From: a bacterium
Lineage (GTDB): Bacteria > Zhuqueibacterota > Zhuqueibacteria > Residuimicrobiales > Krinioviventaceae
Assembly: GCA_963693055.1 (NCBI GenBank)
Contig: OY843751.1
Coordinates: 3,808,001-3,872,000, forward strand
Reading direction: 5' to 3'
DNA: 64,000 nt
Position 1 is the first letter of the stretch, and each line of letters opens with the position of its first letter. The translations under genes and the position numbers were made by a program. Of this stretch, positions 40,670 through 49,144 are shown in pieces. The notes beneath the pieces are model-generated. The model did no database searches. It was not told where the DNA came from and saw only the letters and a program-made list of their open reading frames with translations.

Positions 40670-41715
40670 AAATAGATCTCAAAAAAATTACCCATAATGC
40701 AACATTGCTGAAAGAGTTGTATGGATCAAAAGGGGTTGATGTTATTGGGGTGACAAAAGCCATTTGTGGAGAACCTGTTATTGCTGATGCTTTACTACAA
40801 GCAGGTATAAACATCCTTGCTGATTCAAGGATAGACAATATCATAAAAATGCGCAATTCAGGAATAGATGCCAAGTTTATGCTTCTAAGGACGCCCTGCC
40901 TCAGTCAGTCCAAAAGTGTTGTAAAATTTGCGGACATTAGTCTGAATTCTGAACTCATTGTGATTCAAAAACTTTCACATTTTGCAATAGAATCTCAAAC
41001 CACGCATCAAATCATTTTAATGGTTGAACTTGGAGATTTAAGAGAAGGTATCATGCCAAAGGATTTAGATCGTACTGTTCAACAGGTATTAAAGCTTGAA
41101 GGCATTGAGCTTGTAGGTTTAGGGACAAATCTGGCCTGTTTTGGCGGCATTAAACCTGATAATGAAAAAATGGCAATGCTGTCATCTATTGCAATGGATG
41201 TTGAAAAAAAATTTAGCCTCATATTGGAATTCATTTCCGGTGGCAACTCGGCCAATTATAATTGGTTCATTTCAGCTACAAATGTAGGAAAAATTAACAA
41301 CCTGCGGCTTGGAGAATCAATTTATTTGGGATGTGAGACACTTGACAGGGAACCCATTTCCGGATTGTTTACTGACGCGTTTACCCTGGTAGTAGAAGTT
41401 ATTGAATCTAAAATAAAACCCTCTCTTCCCTATGGAAAAACGGGTCAGGATGCCTTTGGAAACACCCCTGAATTTCAAGACCAAGGTTCTATGAGGAGAG
41501 CTATATTGGGGATTGGTTTGCAGGATATTCCGGTTTCCGGATTAACTCCCAGAATGGATATTGATATCCTGGGAGCAAGCAGTGATCACATGATCATTAA
41601 CGCAAAAAACATAAAACTACAGGTGGGAGACGAATTGAAATTTAATTTAAATTATGGAGCTTTGCTTGCAGCAATGACTTCGTCATACGTATTTAAAGAG
41701 ATTAAAAGCATATGA
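40651..41715 (+). CDS. Alanine/ornithine racemase family PLP-dependent enzyme (fold III)
   Basis: GVTKAICG (PLP Lys), ADSRIDNI, MVELGDLREG, TNLACFGG, SGGNS, LRLGES, GASSDH. Confidence 0.88.
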   Translation: MSTPRLEIDLKKITHNATLLKELYGSKGVDVIGVTKAICGEPVIADALLQAGINILADSRIDNIIKMRNSGIDAKFMLLRTPCLSQSKSVVKFADISLNSELIVIQKLSHFAIESQTTHQIILMVELGDLREGIMPKDLDRTVQQVLKLEGIELVGLGTNLACFGGIKPDNEKMAMLSSIAMDVEKKFSLILEFISGGNSANYNWFISATNVGKINNLRLGESIYLGCETLDREPISGLFTDAFTLVVEVIESKIKPSLPYGKTGQDAFGNTPEFQDQGSMRRAILGIGLQDIPVSGLTPRMDIDILGASSDHMIINAKNIKLQVGDELKFNLNYGALLAAMTSSYVFKEIKSI

Positions 41716-42386
41716 ATACTCGAGAATATTGCATAAAAGCTGAACAAAAAGAAAAAAGGATCAAACAGCTTTATCCCACTTTTCCCGTCAAAGATGACAA
41801 TTCACCACTGGTTAGTCTAAAAGATTCGGGATTTAGTTTAATGTTTGAGCCCACAATTATAGAAAATTATCAATATTTAGTAAGAGAAGCTGTTTATGAA
41901 AAAATTGGTCGCATAAGTAAAATACTGGTCCAGGACGATAAAGAATTGATCATTCGTTCAGCCTGGAGATCTTTTGAACATCAGCGTTTTTTATGGGAAA
42001 ATAAAGTTGTCTTTATGCAACAAACACATCCGGACAAATCATTGGAAGAAATAGCAGAAATCGTTTCTTTTTATATCGCTCCTGATACCTTGTCGATGCA
42101 CGCAACCGGTGGCGCTGTGGATGCGTTGATATTTGATTTGAAGAACAATTGTGTTATGGATTTTGGAACGAATGAGGGTTTAAAAATAGACCTGAATGAA
42201 AGATGTTACCCCTACCATCCGGATATATCATTCAATGCCCAAAAGAACAGAAAATTATTAATTGATCTGTTTGAAAATGAAGATTTTGTCGTTGATGTTA
42301 TAGAATACTGGCATTTCAACTATGGCAATGCCTGTTGGGCAATAGAAACAGGAAATGAAGCTATATATGATGTTATTAATCCATAA
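41712..42386 (+). CDS. D-alanyl-D-alanine dipeptidase (M15, VanX/DdpX-like)
   Basis: SAWRSFEHQ, SMHATGGAVD (SxHxxGxAxD), EYWHFNYG. Confidence 0.85.
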   Translation: MNTREYCIKAEQKEKRIKQLYPTFPVKDDNSPLVSLKDSGFSLMFEPTIIENYQYLVREAVYEKIGRISKILVQDDKELIIRSAWRSFEHQRFLWENKVVFMQQTHPDKSLEEIAEIVSFYIAPDTLSMHATGGAVDALIFDLKNNCVMDFGTNEGLKIDLNERCYPYHPDISFNAQKNRKLLIDLFENEDFVVDVIEYWHFNYGNACWAIETGNEAIYDVINP

Positions 42387-42477
42387 ATAATTTCCCCTCC
42401 TTTTAATCATTCTGATTATTTACATAAAAATATATTCAATTGTGTGACACCTTTTCCAATTCAAAAACGCCATTAAT

Positions 42478-43317
42478 GCATTCCGAAGGCGAGGTGGCCT
42501 CTTGTTGCGGGAATGATAAAATACGAGTCTGAACCACTGGACGATACTCTAATACCCCAAAACGCAAAAAGGCCGCCTAACTTGGCAGCCTTTAAAGCAT
42601 CCCCTGGGGGAGTCGAACCCCTGTTGCGGGAATGATAAAATACGAGTCCAAACCACTGGACGATACTCTAATACCCCAAAACGCAAAAAGGCCGCCTAAC
42701 TTGGCAGCCTTTAAAGCATCCCCTGGGGCGGGTTAAATCCCTGTTGCGGGAATGATAAAACCAGAGTCGGGATCACTGGACGATACTCTAATACCCCAAA
42801 ACGCAAAAAGGCCGCCTAACTTGGCAGCCTTTAAAGCATCCCCTAGGGCGGGTTAAATCCCTGTTGCGGGAATGATAAAATACGAGTCCGAACCACTGGA
42901 CGATACTCTAATACCCCAAAACGCAAAAAGGCAGCCATTCTTGGCAGCCTTTAAAGCATCCCCTAGGGCGGGTTAAATCCCTGTTGCGGGAATGATAAAA
43001 TACGAGTCCGAACCACTGGACGATACTCTAATACCCCAAAACGCAAAAAGGCAGCCATTCTTGGCAGCCTTTAAAGCATCCCCTGGGGGAGTCGAACCCC
43101 TGTTGCGGGAATGATAAAACCAGAGTCGGTACCACTGGACGATACTTGATACTCTTAAACGCAAAAAGGCTATCATTTCTGATAGCCTTTTAAAAGCATC
43201 CCCTGGGGCGGGTCGAACCCCTGTTGCGGGAATGATAAAACCAGAGTCGGTACCACTGGACGATACTTGATACTCTTAAACGCAAAAAGGCTATCATTTC
43301 TGATAGCCTTTTAAAAG
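42478..43317 (-). repeat. Tandem array of seven ~120-bp units: terminator hairpin + degenerate tRNA-Glu copy
   Basis: ACGCAAAAAGG recurs at 42562, 42681, 42801, 42921, 43041, 43159, 43280; tRNA-like segments start at 42478, 42597, 42716, 42836, 42956, 43076, 43196 and align with tRNA-Glu 43318-43389. Confidence 0.95.
43279..43314 (-). terminator. Intrinsic terminator of the tRNA-His/tRNA-Glu transcript (first array hairpin)
   Basis: Minus strand AAAAGGCTATCA-GAAA-TGATAGCCTTTTTGCG immediately after tRNA-Glu. Confidence 0.8.
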
Positions 43318-43389
43318 CATCCCCTAGGGGAGTCGAACCCCTGTTGCAGGAATGAAAATCCTGAGTCCTAACCACTAGACGAAGGGGAC
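43318..43389 (-). tRNA. tRNA-Glu (TTC), CCA not encoded
   Basis: GTCCCCT/AGGGGAT acceptor, D-loop AGTGGTTA, CAGGA-TTTTCAT-TCCTG anticodon arm, AGGGG-TTCGACT-CCCCT T-arm. Confidence 0.95.
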
Positions 43390-43416
43390 GTCTAAGTATT
43401 TTTTGGTGTAAATCAG

Positions 43417-43490
43417 GGTGAGTGACGGGACTTGAACCCGCGACGACCAGGACCACAACCTAGCGCTCTACCAACTGAGCTACACCCACC
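43417..43490 (-). tRNA. tRNA-His (GTG) with G-1, CCA not encoded
   Basis: G-GTGGGTG/CACTCAC-C acceptor, CTAGG-TTGTGGT-CCTGG anticodon arm, GCGGG-TTCAAGT-CCCGT T-arm. Confidence 0.95.
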
Positions 43491-43527
43491 ATATTGCTGA
43501 GCAGAAAGCTCTCGTACATAGCTATAT

Positions 43528-43556
43528 AATATATAGCTTTTTTTATTTCTAGTCAA
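43528..43556 (-). promoter_or_regulatory. sigma70 promoter of the tRNA operon
   Basis: Minus strand TTGACT-N17-TATATT about 40 bp upstream of tRNA-His; the -10 lies within palindrome AGCTATATA-A-TATATAGCT (43520-43538). Confidence 0.7.
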
Positions 43557-44287
43557 GTATTTTTTGTATTTTTTAATAAATTTTTTACACGGTCCGGATA
43601 ATTGCTTATAATTGCCTCCACTCCACTTTCAATCAAGGGCTGTATCTCTGTTTCTGTATTGGGTGTCCACGTCCAGATGCGCTTTTGCATACTATTCCAA
43701 AGGGTTACATTCTTTTCAGTAATCAACGTAAATTTTGGACAAACATAATCAAAACGACTGGTATCTGCTTTTTCAAAATCGTTCATTTTTGAAAAAATCA
43801 ATCCCACAGCAATATGCGGGGCCAAATCTTTAATCCTGTACAAAATTGTATCTGAAAAGGAGGTTATTATAAAGTCGTTAAACCGGGTCCGTTCCAGCAA
43901 TTGCAGCAAAGGTTTTACAATATTCAGATCAGCGGGAGTATGATATTTCACCTCTATATCCAGCAGCATTTTGTCTTTGACCTGTTCAATCACATTATCA
44001 AACAAGGGTACGGTCTCATCTCCAAATTCCGGTGAAAACCAGCTACCCGCATCGCCCTGTTTCAACTGCTCCAGCGTAAACTCACTCAAATGGCCCGTGA
44101 GGTTGGTAGTACGGTTTAATTTTTCATCATGCATCACTACAATGCGATTATCGGAGGTGAGCTGTACATCCAGTTCAATACCATCCGCACCCATTTCAAT
44201 GGCCTTTTCAAAAGCGGCATGAGTATTTTCCGGAGCGTATCCGGATGCGCCCCGATGAGCAATGTTCAATAGATCATGATTCGACAT
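43553..44287 (-). CDS. Glycerophosphodiester phosphodiesterase
   Basis: IAHRGASGYAPENT, IELDVQLTSD, VMHD, DIEVK, WTWTPN, ISNYPD. Confidence 0.93.
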   Translation of the reverse strand: MSNHDLLNIAHRGASGYAPENTHAAFEKAIEMGADGIELDVQLTSDNRIVVMHDEKLNRTTNLTGHLSEFTLEQLKQGDAGSWFSPEFGDETVPLFDNVIEQVKDKMLLDIEVKYHTPADLNIVKPLLQLLERTRFNDFIITSFSDTILYRIKDLAPHIAVGLIFSKMNDFEKADTSRFDYVCPKFTLITEKNVTLWNSMQKRIWTWTPNTETEIQPLIESGVEAIISNYPDRVKNLLKNTKNT

Positions 44288-44639
44288 ATATTCTCTTGTC
44301 CATGAAATAAGCGATTGCCAATCCTATGGCATAAAACAAAAAATCCAACACATCAAATTGTGAACCCAAAATCCAGATAAATGGAGCAGGTAAATTCATC
44401 GCTTTAGGAATACCCGAAAGTTGAAAACACTCTACAAATACTGCAACAGCAGCTATAATAATCAATTTATTAAAAGGCTTTAAACGGGTAAAAAAGGCGC
44501 CAATGACAAAATATAAACAGGCCACTATGCCTACATCCCCTACCCAGGCATCAACCGCTGATCGAAAAGGACCGGTATATAGTTTAGAGGCAACAGCAAA
44601 TGCCAGAAATAATCCTGCCCACAACAAGTAGCGTTTCAT
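44274..44639 (-). CDS. DUF2809-like small membrane protein
   Basis: Four TMs, GDV...LY, VECFQL, ILGSQFDVLDFLFY; start placed at MKRYLL. Confidence 0.7.
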   Translation of the reverse strand: MKRYLLWAGLFLAFAVASKLYTGPFRSAVDAWVGDVGIVACLYFVIGAFFTRLKPFNKLIIIAAVAVFVECFQLSGIPKAMNLPAPFIWILGSQFDVLDFLFYAIGLAIAYFMDKRIYVES

Positions 44640-44649
44640 CAATACAGCT

Positions 44650-45882
44650 CTATTCAACCTGCCACATGTGAATATACGCATTGGTAGATCTGTCGCTAAA
44701 GGCATAAACAAATCCATAGCCATAATAGACCATTCTGTCCCCTCTCATGGCTCCAACAGATAATATATTCAAACCCGGCACACCATTCACTGTTCCCTCG
44801 GCAAAACCATTACTGATAGCTAAATTCTGTTCTGATATCGTGGAATAGAATTGGTCCCATAGCTCCCGAATATTGCCCCAATTCAGGGCCGCGGTAGTAT
44901 CTGAACTGTAAAAAATCCTGTCCATTCTGGAATACACATCCTGCCAGATTTCATTCTCATAAAAATGAGACGACAGTTCCTCAGATGTCAAATTTTTTAT
45001 GGTATCCGATTCCACCATAATATTTGCATCCAGCACTCCAACACGTACCAGATCAAATTCTTCATACTGCATTGAGGTTTTTATAACCAGCTCGTCAATA
45101 TATCCATTTAAATAATTTCCAACGCCAAAACTGCCAGTAGTACCCGCCCCAATAGTCAGGTTAGAACTGGAAACGTTGAGGTTAATTCTGTCAGATTCGA
45201 ACGTAAAAGTAGTGTCAACCGCATTGGTAATCTGCAAATAAGGCGGACTGGGGGAAAACTGTCCGCGTAAAGAGTACCATTGGTTTGGATTTAATGCGGA
45301 ATTCGATGTAATGCGTGTTGCAACATTGTCTTTACTGATTTCAAAATAAGGTACCCTGTCAATTAACCCCATTCGGTAACCGTCACCTTTGTAATCAATT
45401 TTATCAACAATGATTTGATGTGCAAGCTGTGAATCAAATACATTTAACACAACATCTACGGATACACCGTATACTCCGCTCAATTGATAATAATAATCAT
45501 AAATTTGTCCATACGAGTTTAATCCGGACAATGCCACAGTTCGTCGGACTTTATCACCATCGCTTGAAACATCCCATTCCGTATTCGTGAGATAGGCATT
45601 ATTCTCAAATCCCGATTCGTCATGCGCGGTTTCGCCGATATTTTCATCAAAATTTAAAACTACAACGGGCAATTCAATAATTGCATTTGCCTTGTTCAAC
45701 ATTGAACCGGTTGCCTGAACGGTATTTCCGTCCAAAGAAGCGCCAAAAGGTGCATTATGAAACTCGAGTTCAAGAGCAAGTTCCGGTTTGGAAGCCACAG
45801 GAGTATTGGGAGATTTCACACATCCAATCCCAATGATGATCAATATGAGTATACTAAAAATTATCCCAGTATATTTAGACAT
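44650..45882 (-). CDS. Lipoprotein with LamG/concanavalin-like domain
   Basis: Lipobox IGIGC; LNFDENIGETAHDESG, NQWY, YLNGYIDELVI. Confidence 0.7.
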   Translation of the reverse strand: MSKYTGIIFSILILIIIGIGCVKSPNTPVASKPELALELEFHNAPFGASLDGNTVQATGSMLNKANAIIELPVVVLNFDENIGETAHDESGFENNAYLTNTEWDVSSDGDKVRRTVALSGLNSYGQIYDYYYQLSGVYGVSVDVVLNVFDSQLAHQIIVDKIDYKGDGYRMGLIDRVPYFEISKDNVATRITSNSALNPNQWYSLRGQFSPSPPYLQITNAVDTTFTFESDRINLNVSSSNLTIGAGTTGSFGVGNYLNGYIDELVIKTSMQYEEFDLVRVGVLDANIMVESDTIKNLTSEELSSHFYENEIWQDVYSRMDRIFYSSDTTAALNWGNIRELWDQFYSTISEQNLAISNGFAEGTVNGVPGLNILSVGAMRGDRMVYYGYGFVYAFSDRSTNAYIHMWQVE

Positions 45883-45900
45883 ATATTACCTCAGCAAAGA

Positions 45901-47007
45901 TTACATATAAAATTTAAAACCACCAAGCGCCTGAAATCCGCTCAGGCCCACACTTTCTGTTGCGGCATTAATAGAACCAAAATAATAGCGCAGATCCACA
46001 TCAATATAAAACCGGTCAGTCAATCTGCGATCGCCTCCACCACCCAATCCGAATATGGTTGCACCGCCAATATCATACGCATTGTTTGAATAAATTCTGG
46101 ATTCAATCACACCGGTTACCCGCGTAGCAGGATTTAGTTTATAAAGTCCGGTTGCACTCAGCTCAAACTCGTTTCCATTACTGTTTTGCCGCTCAGGGAT
46201 CAATTCTCCCGAGCCTGCCTGATTTTTACCCTGAATTCGGTTGCGAGCAAGAAAAACCCATGATAAAAACTCGCGTTCCATAACCCACAAAGCCTGCAAT
46301 GTTAAACGATTTCCGGATTTAAACACCTGAATATCGTTTGCCTGGTCTTTACCATAAATAGTATAACTGACATCTATCATCAACTTGTCATCACGGCTCA
46401 CGAAATAATCAACACCACCGGAAATAGAAAATTCATCACCCGGATTATAATTAAAATCATAATCGCTGAACGGTTCATAAGAGCCCCGGTAAAGAAAACC
46501 GGCCCCAAAACCAAGCACCAGATCATTCCAGTTTTGCACCATAACAAAACCCGTACTTACATCCAGTCCCTGCCCTAACAAGGGTGATTGAAAATTTAAA
46601 GCATGGGTAGCAAGAATATTTGCTACAGTATATTCTTCCTGATCCAGAGAGCTCTTGCCTAAAGGCAGGTTTACGCCAAAGGTCAACAGCATTACCTCGT
46701 TATTAAACAGATATGAACCTCTTATGCGGGTATCAGACATCCCTCCCAGTTTGGTTTCGGTTTGTGTAATCAAGGTACTGAATGCAGGAGATGTAATAAC
46801 ATCCAGTTTCAATTGATCATTAACAGAATACGCAAACGTAACCGGAATTGACATTTGTTCCACCTGGTCATCTCCGGCATTCCAGTATTGATATCCAACT
46901 TTGGCAGAAAGTGTACGATACTGCTGAAAAGATTGAATACCCACCTGTGAAAAAGTAACAGAGCAGGGAAAGAGAAAAATCATCAATATATAAAACCATC
47001 TATTCAT
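45901..47007 (-). CDS. Outer-membrane beta-barrel protein
   Basis: Signal peptide, GMSDTRIRGSY, YNPGDEFSISGGVDY, terminal LGGFKFYM. Confidence 0.7.
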   Translation of the reverse strand: MNRWFYILMIFLFPCSVTFSQVGIQSFQQYRTLSAKVGYQYWNAGDDQVEQMSIPVTFAYSVNDQLKLDVITSPAFSTLITQTETKLGGMSDTRIRGSYLFNNEVMLLTFGVNLPLGKSSLDQEEYTVANILATHALNFQSPLLGQGLDVSTGFVMVQNWNDLVLGFGAGFLYRGSYEPFSDYDFNYNPGDEFSISGGVDYFVSRDDKLMIDVSYTIYGKDQANDIQVFKSGNRLTLQALWVMEREFLSWVFLARNRIQGKNQAGSGELIPERQNSNGNEFELSATGLYKLNPATRVTGVIESRIYSNNAYDIGGATIFGLGGGGDRRLTDRFYIDVDLRYYFGSINAATESVGLSGFQALGGFKFYM

Positions 47008-47023
47008 CACATCAACTCTCAAA

Positions 47024-48433
47024 TTAAGGTTGCACTACAGGAATTGGTATTTTTATTGTTATAGGTGCCGAAGAACCGAATGTTGAAGCATTTTCTTCGG
47101 TTGTGGCTTCACGTGATTCAACACCCGGTAAAAATCCGGATGAAACACTCAAAGCAGTACGGTCCAGACGGCTCCCTAAAGCGTCTGTAACTGAAGCATC
47201 AGCCCCGGTATTAACAGAGGATGTATTCCTTTTTCCCGTTACAGACTTTTTAGATTGAGATCCTTTACCTCCTCGACCTCCACCAGCAGTCACTTTTGCA
47301 TAATTCGGTTTTTGAGTACCTGCTGTTTTTTTATAATTTGAATATGCCCTGGATCGTTCAATTCCCTGGGTAGCAGCAGTAAAGCCGGGATCTTTGGCCA
47401 ATGCAGCTTTATAGGTCAACTCGGCCTGATCATACAGCCCTCTGTCCTCCTGATCGAGTGCTTTACAATAATACATATAGGCGACCAGATTTTTTGTTGG
47501 AACACGTTCAATGGCCCTGCGTTCCTGTGGGCTGATCTTGATTCCCATTTCATCGATTATATTAAAAACCATGTCTTTTTCAAGTTTAAACAGATCCCGC
47601 AAACTGCCGGCTGCGTTGGTGGTGGTTGTTAAACCACCGCCTTTGATATTGGTAATTCCGGCATCTACACGTAACTGGTTATTATCCAGTTGTGTCAAGG
47701 TACCCTGAACAACTTTGGAAGCACCCAGCAACTTGCCAAACCGGGCTGCTGTGGCCTCGTCAACAACACCTGCTTGGCTCATCCCCATCTCTTCCATTAA
47801 AGTTTGAAGACGCGCGCGTTCAACAACAGTAAGCCCTTCAATTTGAGACAAGTCGGTTATCAACATCTCAGTTAAACCTTTTTGCAGCGGAGTTAATGCA
47901 CCGGATTTATTCATGTTCAGAAAATACAAAACCGCAATAGCATTGTCTGGTATGGAAGCTATCTCAAGCAGACTTTCCTGGGTCAATGTCTTTTGCAGCT
48001 CCTGCTTGAGTCTCAGTTTAACCAGCGCAACCAGCCTTTGTTCAAGCTGCTGACGAAATGGATTCAAGGGCGATAGATTTACATAATTTTTATAAAGCGA
48101 AATGGCTTCTTTTAATTGGCCAGCGTCTTCATAAACCTGACCAAGATAATAAGACACAACAGGATCGTCAGGATTTTTCAGTGCAGCAATCTTGAGCAAA
48201 CGCAAAGCTATCTTGCTGTTTCCCTTGTGATACAATGCAATACCCAGATCTCGTATAGCATCCAGATTTTTGGGATTCTCTCCAACCGCTTGTTTCAGCT
48301 CCCGAATGGCCTGATTATAATTTTCATCTTTTAATGCCTGTTGGCCCCGAGAATAATATGAGGAAGCACAACCGGATAAAAATACTAGCAAGAGCAGTAA
48401 TAATACATATTTTAAATATTTACATTTCTTCAT
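47024..48433 (-). CDS. Lipoprotein: TPR + CsgG/HfaB(FlgO)-like domain
   Basis: Lipobox FLSGC; TPRs; IAVLYFLN...GLTEMLITDLS...VVERARLQTLMEE...GKLLGA. Confidence 0.8.
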   Translation of the reverse strand: MKKCKYLKYVLLLLLLVFLSGCASSYYSRGQQALKDENYNQAIRELKQAVGENPKNLDAIRDLGIALYHKGNSKIALRLLKIAALKNPDDPVVSYYLGQVYEDAGQLKEAISLYKNYVNLSPLNPFRQQLEQRLVALVKLRLKQELQKTLTQESLLEIASIPDNAIAVLYFLNMNKSGALTPLQKGLTEMLITDLSQIEGLTVVERARLQTLMEEMGMSQAGVVDEATAARFGKLLGASKVVQGTLTQLDNNQLRVDAGITNIKGGGLTTTTNAAGSLRDLFKLEKDMVFNIIDEMGIKISPQERRAIERVPTKNLVAYMYYCKALDQEDRGLYDQAELTYKAALAKDPGFTAATQGIERSRAYSNYKKTAGTQKPNYAKVTAGGGRGGKGSQSKKSVTGKRNTSSVNTGADASVTDALGSRLDRTALSVSSGFLPGVESREATTEENASTFGSSAPITIKIPIPVVQP

Positions 48434-48438
48434 GTTAA

Positions 48439-49128
48439 TCACTTGGCTTTCAATTCCTGAATTTTTTGAGCAGCTTTAGAAAACTGTTTATTCTTTTTCA
48501 GCGCGCGTTCATACATCTTTATCGCGTTTTTCACATCACCCGCATCTTCGTATTCAAGCCCTCGGGCATAAAACAACGATGCTTCAAAATTGGTGTTATC
48601 TACATCGCGTAATTTTGCAATTTCTGCCTTGGAAATACGAACATCCAGATCTTTGATCACTTTGGCAACCAAACGAGTAACCAGCTTGTACAAATCTTTG
48701 GGCTTGCCGGTTTCTTCTTCGGCTTTGATGGTAATGCCGGTTTCAACTTCTACAATACGTACATCAATACGCATTTTGCCGTCAAACATGTGCATAAAAG
48801 AACCAAGCACCAGATTCCGGGCTCCCAGCAGTTTACCTACCTGCTGCGCGGAATTGGGATCAAGCATCCCGCTTTGTCCCAAAGACATTTCCTGAAACAA
48901 CTGTTCCAATTGCCCACGCTCTACCATCTGAAACTGTTCAATTTTCGAAAACTCTGTAGTAAACATGTCTGCCAACCCCTTTTTCAAGGGATCCATTTCT
49001 TCACGTTTATCCAGGCTATTGTTTTCAAAATACAAAACTGCCATGGTACGTTTTCCGGTAGTTTGCCCCAAAACCGGCAATGAACACAGCAAAACCAAAA
49101 TCAAAAAAGAAACTGCAAACTTTTTCAT
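48439..49128 (-). CDS. Periplasmic CsgG/HfaB(FlgO)-like + TPR protein
   Basis: Signal peptide; MAVLYFEN...GLADMFTTEFS...VERGQLE...VGKLLGA...RIVEVETG. Confidence 0.8.
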   Translation of the reverse strand: MKKFAVSFLILVLLCSLPVLGQTTGKRTMAVLYFENNSLDKREEMDPLKKGLADMFTTEFSKIEQFQMVERGQLEQLFQEMSLGQSGMLDPNSAQQVGKLLGARNLVLGSFMHMFDGKMRIDVRIVEVETGITIKAEEETGKPKDLYKLVTRLVAKVIKDLDVRISKAEIAKLRDVDNTNFEASLFYARGLEYEDAGDVKNAIKMYERALKKNKQFSKAAQKIQELKAK

Positions 49129-49144
49129 AAACTACGTTCCTATC

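Noticed and set aside
41712-42386. Vancomycin resistance locus
   Set aside because: Only a VanX-like dipeptidase is present; there are no vanH/vanA/vanRS genes and the host is diderm (lapA/lapB, outer-membrane barrels).
42478-43266. Repeat units as functional tRNAs, including a TCA-anticodon suppressor or selenocysteine tRNA
   Set aside because: The 5' acceptor strand is missing, anticodon stems do not pair, several T-loops are mutated and there is no long variable arm.
42478-43317. CRISPR array interpretation of the ~120-bp periodic repeat
   Set aside because: No unique spacers (variable segments recur as a few alleles), units derive from the adjacent tRNA-Glu, and no cas genes are in the window.
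42973-43456. ORFs of 67 and 88 aa across the tRNAs and repeats
   Set aside because: Chance translations of tRNA and repeat sequence.
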